Shown one piece after another: positions 37,452-43,602 of a stretch of 43,602 nucleotides of DNA. Both the position numbers and the translations under genes were made by a program. Within the stretch, counting starts at the first letter, position 1. Each line of letters begins with the position of its first letter. Below the pieces are notes generated by a model. That model was not told where the DNA came from. It did no database searches and saw nothing but the letters and a program-made list of their open reading frames with translations. Source of the DNA: an uncultured Bacteroidales bacterium (GTDB taxonomy: Bacteria; Bacteroidota; Bacteroidia; Bacteroidales; UBA4417); contig CAIRHD010000293.1 of the NCBI GenBank assembly GCA_903878265.1, positions 1 to 43,602 of the forward strand, in the 5' to 3' direction.

Positions 37452-40400
37452 ATGTGGATATTTATAAAACACGAGTGGAAATGCTGGTTAAGCTCACCCA
37501 TGGTGTGGATTTTCCTGATCATTAACACGCTTATGGTTTTCGGGGCAGTATCATCCGACAATGTAAATATAGGCGGAAGTGTTGGGAGCGTGCATAAAAA
37601 TGCTCCTTACGTTATCCAGACTTATTACGGCGTTATGTCGCTTGTAAGCCTCCTGATGACAACCGCCTTTATGAATGCAAGTGCCAACCGCGACTTTCAT
37701 TACGGGATGTACCAGTTTGTATTTTCGTCACCAATACGGAAACGCGATTATTACTATGGAAAGTTTATAGGTGCAGCAAGCATTTCGGTAATTCCTTTGC
37801 TTGGTGTTTCGCTTGGAAGCCTTATCGGACCTTTTATGCCATGGGTTCAACCCGAAAGATATAGCCAGGTAATATGGTCAGGACATATACAGGGATTACT
37901 CACTTTCGGCATACCAAACACCATTATTGCGGGTGTGATGCTTTATGCACTCGCAATTCTTTTCCGCAATAATATTGTTTCATTTGTGGGAGCCATGTTC
38001 ATATTGGTTTTCTATGTGGTTTCGTCAGGATTTACTGCTGATATCGAAAAGGAATGGCTGGCAAATATCCTGGATCCTTTTGGATTCAGACCTGAAAGTA
38101 TTATTGCAAAATACATGACTATTGATGAGAAAAACCTACATCCAGTGCCACTGGTCGGTGCTCTGTTATTAAACAGGATACTCTGGCTTGGTATTAGTTC
38201 TGCTATATTGATAGGTGCTTATTTCAGGTTCTCATTCAATACCCGGAAAGAAAGGGTCAAAAAGGATAAGGTTGTTTTGAAGGAAGAAGCACCAACCGTA
38301 ACCTCTTTAAAAGCTCACGACCCGCATAATGCAGGTAGATATTTCTTTGGCACTTTATGGTACCTTGTTCGTTTCGAAACAAAAGCAATTATTAAAAATC
38401 CTGTGTTTATCATTATTGTGATGCTCGGGCTATTAAACCTTACCGGCAGCATTACCAGTTTCACTGGTCGCTATGGAGTAGATCAGTTCCCGGTTACTTA
38501 CGATGTAATCGACAGTATTCGTGGCTCGTTTTATCTTTTCATCATCGCTATCATTACTTTTTATACCGGTGTGCTGATTTGGAAGGAGCGCGATTCGAAA
38601 ATTGATGAAATCCAGGATGCTACACCTGTAAAAGCAGGTTTGTTGTTTACCTCCAAGCTTGTTGCCATGGTGGCAGCCACAGCACTTGTAATTGTACTTT
38701 CAATCCTTGCAGGTATTACGGCCCAGACTCTTTTCGGCTACCATCGCTACCAAATTGATGTGTATGTAAAGTCGTTGCTGGTAATGGATATGCTATCATT
38801 CGCTTACCTTATCGTGATTGCCCTGTTTTTCCATTATATCATCAACAACCGGTACATTGCCTATTTCGCTTTTGTAGCATTTGTAATATTGAACCAATTT
38901 ATCTGGGGCCTGTTTGAGATTAATACCAATATGCTGAAGTTCGGTGGTTCGCCATCGGTTACTTATTCAGATATGAATGGGTTCGGACCTTTTGTGAGTT
39001 CAGTTGCCTGGTTCAATATTTATTGGACACTCGCAAGCATCTTCATTGCGCTTATAGCCTTTACTTTCTTTATCCGGGGAAAGGAATACGATTTCAGTAA
39101 CCGATTAAAAACTTCCGGTAAACTGCTGCTGAAGAATAAACTGGCAGCAATTGCCATTCTTTTAGTATTTATTGTTTGCGGAGGGTTCGTCTACTACAAC
39201 ACTAAAATACTGAATTCGTATGATTCGCCTAAGGAAAGCGAAAACAAACAGGCCGAGTATGAGAAAACCTATAAAAAGTTTGAACCCATTATTCAGCCAC
39301 GATTCTATAAACTCAACTACACTATCGACCTGTTGCCTTACCAGCGCAGCATGGCTGCAAGTGTTGACGCCTGGGCACGAAATATTTCCGGTTCGCCAAT
39401 AAAGGAACTGCATTTTACTATGTCTCAGTTGACGGACAGTGTGCAAATCACGATTAAGGGCAGCAAACTTAAACTTTGCGACAACCGACTGAAATACAGG
39501 ATTTATACACTTAATAAACCCTTGCTTCCCAACGATTCGGTTTTAATAAAGGTTGATTTGTGGAGTATCACCAAAGGTTTTGAGAATGAAGTCAGTTTCA
39601 AACAGCTTACGCAGAATGGCACTTTTTTCAACAACACTGATATAATGCCAACACTTGGATACAGCAACGGACTTGAGATCAACGATAAAAACAAACGGGT
39701 AAAACTGAAACTTTCAAAACGGATACGAATGCCAAAACTGGATGAAAATAATATGCTTGCCCGTGCCAATACTTATATCAGTACTGATGCTGATTGGGTT
39801 GAAGTAAACACGGTTATTAGTACTTCTCCAGACCAGATAGCCGTTGCTCCTGGAAGCCTTATAAAAACCTGGGAATCCAATGGCCATAAGTATTTTAACT
39901 ACCACCTCGACAAGAAATCACTGAATTTCTACTCCTTTATATCGGCCCGTTACGAAGTTGCCTGTAAAAAGTGGAAAGAGGTTGACCTCGAAGTTTATTA
40001 CACCAAAGAGCATGCTTACAATGTTCCTAATATGCTCCTTAGCCTTGAGAAATCACTCGAATATTACACTACTAATTTCGGGCCTTATTACCACAAACAA
40101 TGCCGGATTGTTGAGTTTCCCAGGTATTCCAGTTTTGCCCAGTCGTTTCCTGGAACCATGCCTTACAGCGAAGGTATCGGGTTTATAATTGATCTGCGTA
40201 AAGTTACTAACGATGACATTGATCAGGTTTTCTACATAGTTGCTCACGAAATGGCACATCAGTACTGGGCACATCAGTTTTGCGGTGCCGGTATGCAGGG
40301 CAGTGAGATGATGAGTGAAAGTTTTGCCCAGTATTCTGCTCTTATGGTTATGGAACATGAATATGGCAAGGACAAGATGAAGAAATTCCTTGAATACGAA

Positions 40401-41027
40401 ATGGATGGATACCTCCGGGGAAGAAGCACGGAACCGGAAGCCGAGCGCCCACTTATGAAAACTGAAAACCAGGGATATATCCATTATCAAAAGGGCAGCG
40501 TAGTAATGTACTACCTTAAGGAAATGATTGGAGAGGATAAAGTAAATTCAGCCTTACATTCTCTGATAGATTCCTTTGCTTACAAAAATCCTCCTTATGC
40601 TACTTCGTGGTCAGCGGTGAGGGCTTTCCAAAAGGTAACGCCCGATAGTTTGCAGTATCTTGTATCCGACCTGTTGGAAAATATCACACTTTTCTCAAAC
40701 AGTGTAACGGAGGCTAAATACAGGAAAATAGGGGAGGGGTATGAAGTTACCCTAAAAACCAGTTCCGAAAAATTCAGGGCTGATACGCTGGGAAAAGAGA
40801 CTGCCCTTCCTATTGCCGATTATATTGACATAGGTGTGTTTGCCAAACCCACAAACAAGAAAAATCTTGGAAAAGCCCTTGTTTATAAGCGCTTGAAGAT
40901 AAACCGCAAAGAAAACACTTTCACTTTTCGCACACTTGAAAAACCGTACCAAGTTGGTATTGATCCATACAACTATATGGTTGACAGGTTGCCGGACGAT
41001 AACCTGCGAAAACCGGACGAATTATAA
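37452..41027 (+). CDS. ABC-2 type permease fused to an M1 (gluzincin) aminopeptidase domain
   Basis: Two multi-TM permease halves followed by a soluble domain with AHEMAHQYW-x-SESFAQY (HEXXH-x18-E), YQKG and IDPY motifs. Confidence 0.92.
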   Translation: MWIFIKHEWKCWLSSPMVWIFLIINTLMVFGAVSSDNVNIGGSVGSVHKNAPYVIQTYYGVMSLVSLLMTTAFMNASANRDFHYGMYQFVFSSPIRKRDYYYGKFIGAASISVIPLLGVSLGSLIGPFMPWVQPERYSQVIWSGHIQGLLTFGIPNTIIAGVMLYALAILFRNNIVSFVGAMFILVFYVVSSGFTADIEKEWLANILDPFGFRPESIIAKYMTIDEKNLHPVPLVGALLLNRILWLGISSAILIGAYFRFSFNTRKERVKKDKVVLKEEAPTVTSLKAHDPHNAGRYFFGTLWYLVRFETKAIIKNPVFIIIVMLGLLNLTGSITSFTGRYGVDQFPVTYDVIDSIRGSFYLFIIAIITFYTGVLIWKERDSKIDEIQDATPVKAGLLFTSKLVAMVAATALVIVLSILAGITAQTLFGYHRYQIDVYVKSLLVMDMLSFAYLIVIALFFHYIINNRYIAYFAFVAFVILNQFIWGLFEINTNMLKFGGSPSVTYSDMNGFGPFVSSVAWFNIYWTLASIFIALIAFTFFIRGKEYDFSNRLKTSGKLLLKNKLAAIAILLVFIVCGGFVYYNTKILNSYDSPKESENKQAEYEKTYKKFEPIIQPRFYKLNYTIDLLPYQRSMAASVDAWARNISGSPIKELHFTMSQLTDSVQITIKGSKLKLCDNRLKYRIYTLNKPLLPNDSVLIKVDLWSITKGFENEVSFKQLTQNGTFFNNTDIMPTLGYSNGLEINDKNKRVKLKLSKRIRMPKLDENNMLARANTYISTDADWVEVNTVISTSPDQIAVAPGSLIKTWESNGHKYFNYHLDKKSLNFYSFISARYEVACKKWKEVDLEVYYTKEHAYNVPNMLLSLEKSLEYYTTNFGPYYHKQCRIVEFPRYSSFAQSFPGTMPYSEGIGFIIDLRKVTNDDIDQVFYIVAHEMAHQYWAHQFCGAGMQGSEMMSESFAQYSALMVMEHEYGKDKMKKFLEYEMDGYLRGRSTEPEAERPLMKTENQGYIHYQKGSVVMYYLKEMIGEDKVNSALHSLIDSFAYKNPPYATSWSAVRAFQKVTPDSLQYLVSDLLENITLFSNSVTEAKYRKIGEGYEVTLKTSSEKFRADTLGKETALPIADYIDIGVFAKPTNKKNLGKALVYKRLKINRKENTFTFRTLEKPYQVGIDPYNYMVDRLPDDNLRKPDEL

Positions 41028-41139
41028 CTGATACGCTTGTAATGGATTATCCGCATACTGTAACCAAAAAAGTTTTACCTTTAGTAAACAAGGTTGAGCC
41101 CACAACGCAGTTGATAGAATCTGTACCTTTTATTCCGGC

Positions 41140-41349
41140 ACCAACGGTCTTCTACACATCGTTGAAGTGCTATTCCGCAACGTTGACGGTCTATTCCACA
41201 TCGTTGACGGTCTATTCCATATCGTTGACGGTCTATTCCGCACCGTTAACGGTCTATTCCGCACTGTTGACGGTCTATTCCGGATAGTTGACGGTCTGTT
41301 CCGGATCGTTGATGGTCTATTCCGGATAGTTGACGGTCTTTTTCGCCCT
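41140..41349 (+). repeat. 21-bp tandem repeat, about 10 units (GTTGACGGTCTATTCCGNATC)
   Basis: Units start at 41140, 41161, 41182, 41203, 41224, 41245, 41266, 41287, 41308 and 41329, with no spacers. Confidence 0.95.
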
Positions 41350-41363
41350 CATCTACATCAATA

Positions 41364-41505
41364 AACCGCTTCGAGGGATGGTGATAACCCTCGAAGGGGT
41401 TTCATTTCCAAATTCACACATTTCCAAATTATCAAATTATTCAATCAACCACTTCGAGGCTTGGTAAAAACCACTCGAAAGGTTTCATTTTCAAATTCAC
41501 ACATT
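41364..41505. repeat. Two direct copies of a ~59-bp hairpin element between convergent genes (REP-like or terminator)
   Basis: aaccgcttcgagggatggtgataaccctcgaaggggtttcatttccaaattcacacatt (41364) and aaccacttcgaggcttggtaaaaaccactcgaaaggtttcattttcaaattcacacatt (41447). Confidence 0.8.
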
Positions 41506-43115
41506 ATCGCATTATCAACCCAATCCCCTCCTTGCTTTATAAGCTCCACCAACTTCTGAATGGCCTCGTCGGGAAGCACATTTTTACATGCAATTTCTTT
41601 TCCTTTATAAAGCGTTACCTGATCTTTGCCTGTCCCAACATACCCATAATCTGCATCGGCCATTTCGCCCGGTCCGTTTACGATACAACCCATAACGGCA
41701 ATCTTCAAGCCTTTCAGGTGTTGGGTGGCGGTCTTTACCTGATGAAGTGTTTTTTCGATGTCAAAAAGTGTCCTTCCGCACGATGGGCACGAAATAAATT
41801 CGGTGCGTGTAATGCGTGCACGGGTAGCCTGAAGTATGGCAAAGGCTGTATTGTTAACTGTTTCAGGGCTTATATTTGGGGCAGTCGGTCTTATGGCATC
41901 ACCAATCCCATCAATTAGCAAACTGCTAAAATCAATGGCACTATGTATTTGAAATTGAAGGATATTGTCGGTTGAATAATTGTTTTTCAGCACGATAGGT
42001 TGCTTGTTTTCAAGAATTCTTTTATCAAGTGATTGTCTCATTTCCGAAGCATTTCCTTCCAAAACAGCCAGAAAATGGAGATGGTGATCGGACAAATTGC
42101 CCACTTTGTGAAAATGTTCATCCAACAAACAAGTTTCACCATCCTTTTCGGCAATAACTGCGACCGGGTAATTGCCGCCAATGCCCGAAACAGCTATGGT
42201 TTCGCGATGCTGATATTGGATTGGGTTAGAGGAGTTTTTACTAATAAGGTTCTGTTGGTCAAGCTTTCTATGAATGTTGTAACGTTCTGTGATTGCCAAG
42301 GCCACAGGAATTTCAATTTCGGGTGAGCCTGTAAGCGAAACTCGTATGGTATCGCCGATTCCGTTTTCGAGCAAGGAGCCAATGCCAGCTGCCGATTTAA
42401 CAATGCCATCCTCACCATCGCCTGCTTCGGTAACGCCAAGATGTATTGGGAAATTCATGTTTTCGGCCAACATTTTTTCCACCAACAACCGGGTAGCTTG
42501 CACCATCACGCGTACATTGCTCGACTTCATCGAAAAAACCAGGTTGCTGAAACTCTCATCCAAACAAATCCTGCCAAATTCCATTGCACTTTCCACCATT
42601 CCTTCGGCTGTGTCACCATACTTGTCCATGATGCGGGCACTAAGCGAACCGTGGTTGGTGCCAATCCGTATTGCTGTGCCATTTTGCTTGCAAATATTCA
42701 ATAACGGCCTCAAGCGCACAGCAATCCTTTCAAGTTCTTCATCGTAATCCTGCAAGGATGATTTGCTGTTCGTTGTGCGCTTATCGCAATAATTTCCGGG
42801 ATTTATCCGTACTTTTTCAACAATACCGGCAGCTATTTCGGCAGCGTTTGGATTGAAATGGATGTCTGCAATTAGCGGAACTTTTATGCTTTTTTGCAGT
42901 AAACCTTTTTTGATCAAAGCCAGATTGTTGGCTTCTGTAATTCCCTGAGCTGTAATGCGTACCATCTCGCAACCGGCATTTACTAAACGGACACACTGCT
43001 TGATAGTTGCCCCAATATCATTGGTATCTGTGTTGGTCATGGATTGCACCCTGATTGGAAAATACCCGCCGAGAGGCAGGTCGCCAATGCTTATAATTTC
43101 GGATTGGAAGGACAT
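41445..43115 (-). CDS. ispG: (E)-4-hydroxy-3-methylbut-2-enyl-diphosphate synthase (GcpE), long type
   Basis: IRVQSMTNTDT, PLIADIHF, RINPGN, RIGTNHGSLS, HLGVTEAG, GDTIRVSLT, ISCPSCGR and MGCIVNGPGE. ATG 43115 is preferred over TTG 43136. Confidence 0.97.
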   Translation of the reverse strand: MSFQSEIISIGDLPLGGYFPIRVQSMTNTDTNDIGATIKQCVRLVNAGCEMVRITAQGITEANNLALIKKGLLQKSIKVPLIADIHFNPNAAEIAAGIVEKVRINPGNYCDKRTTNSKSSLQDYDEELERIAVRLRPLLNICKQNGTAIRIGTNHGSLSARIMDKYGDTAEGMVESAMEFGRICLDESFSNLVFSMKSSNVRVMVQATRLLVEKMLAENMNFPIHLGVTEAGDGEDGIVKSAAGIGSLLENGIGDTIRVSLTGSPEIEIPVALAITERYNIHRKLDQQNLISKNSSNPIQYQHRETIAVSGIGGNYPVAVIAEKDGETCLLDEHFHKVGNLSDHHLHFLAVLEGNASEMRQSLDKRILENKQPIVLKNNYSTDNILQFQIHSAIDFSSLLIDGIGDAIRPTAPNISPETVNNTAFAILQATRARITRTEFISCPSCGRTLFDIEKTLHQVKTATQHLKGLKIAVMGCIVNGPGEMADADYGYVGTGKDQVTLYKGKEIACKNVLPDEAIQKLVELIKQGGDWVDNAIMCEFENETFRVVFTKPRSG

Positions 43116-43381
43116 CTTATAAAGGTAAAAGTTCAAAAGGAAAAGTTTAAAAGCTATGAGTTGAGCTTGTCGAAACTACAAAAGCGATGAGCCGGGCTTG
43201 TTGAAACTTCAAAGTGGAAAAGTGAAATTAGAACATTTTTCTTTCAAAAGCACCTTTTAATATCAAGCAACAAATTAATTTCTGACAAAGATTGATGACA
43301 AAAAACGGAAATATTGGCTTTAACATTGATCTCGTAATTTTGACCTTTGACCTAAATTATTTTGGCATTTGACTTTGCCAG

Positions 43382-43602
43382 CTAAAACCTCCATTTCACG
43401 CCAGCGGTTACTGATGAGTAATTGCAATCAGGGTTTGTAACTGTAGTGGTTGTTTCGGTGGTTGATTGTGTTGGGGATACTGTTGTTAAAAACAGGCCCA
43501 TTTTTTGGTATCGGTACATAAGCATCAATTCAAGATGTTGGCCGATGTATGGATAAATTGTTGCGCCAAGCCGCATACTAACAGGATATATCAGGTTGTA
43601 AA
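43382..43602 (-). CDS. 3' end of a probable outer-membrane beta-barrel protein (partial)
   Basis: The frame is open to the window edge, shows alternating beta-strand patterning and ends GVKWRF. Confidence 0.6.
   Translation of the reverse strand, partial: YNLIYPVSMRLGATIYPYIGQHLELMLMYRYQKMGLFLTTVSPTQSTTETTTTVTNPDCNYSSVTAGVKWRF

Noticed and set aside
41140-41349. Possible CRISPR array
   Set aside because: The 21-bp units are head-to-tail with no unique spacers, and there are no cas genes in the window.

Overview
This is a 43.6-kb chromosomal window from a Bacteroidota bacterium, probably Bacteroidales-like, judged by T9SS C-terminal domains, TAnnTTTG promoter elements, a TonB receptor and a LytS/LytTR pair. 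Left to right: (1) the 3' part of a probable beta-1,2-glucan utilisation operon (six-hairpin glycosidase-like gene, an MFS transporter with an unusual ~200-aa helical insert, a GH35 enzyme resembling beta-1,2-glucosyltransferase, and a GH94 1,2-beta-oligoglucan phosphorylase); (2) a Dabb protein and ltaE; (3) a starch/maltodextrin cluster (secreted GH57/GH119-like enzyme, GH13, GH31, GH13 lipoprotein) with a LacI-type operator; (4) an AT-rich minus-strand island at ~21.1-27.1 kb; (5) an MNT/HEPN toxin-antitoxin pair with a dead toxin, bracketed by direct repeats; (6) a small secreted YLRFD-repeat protein, a T9SS protein and a TonB receptor-oxidoreductase-LytS-LytTR unit with matching 21-bp-spaced repeats upstream; (7) an ABC ATPase and an ABC-permease/M1-peptidase fusion, a 21-bp tandem repeat, ispG and a partial outer-membrane gene. 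The best candidate for an undescribed system is in the island: a tightly coupled five-gene operon (STAS-GHKL ATPase/kinase, STAS-wHTH, helical protein, HEXXH zincin-like protein, trimeric dCTP deaminase) followed by a decayed MutT/NUDIX gene missing from the ORF track. It may be a nucleotide-depleting anti-phage or conflict system. All family calls come from reading motifs by eye, with no database search.
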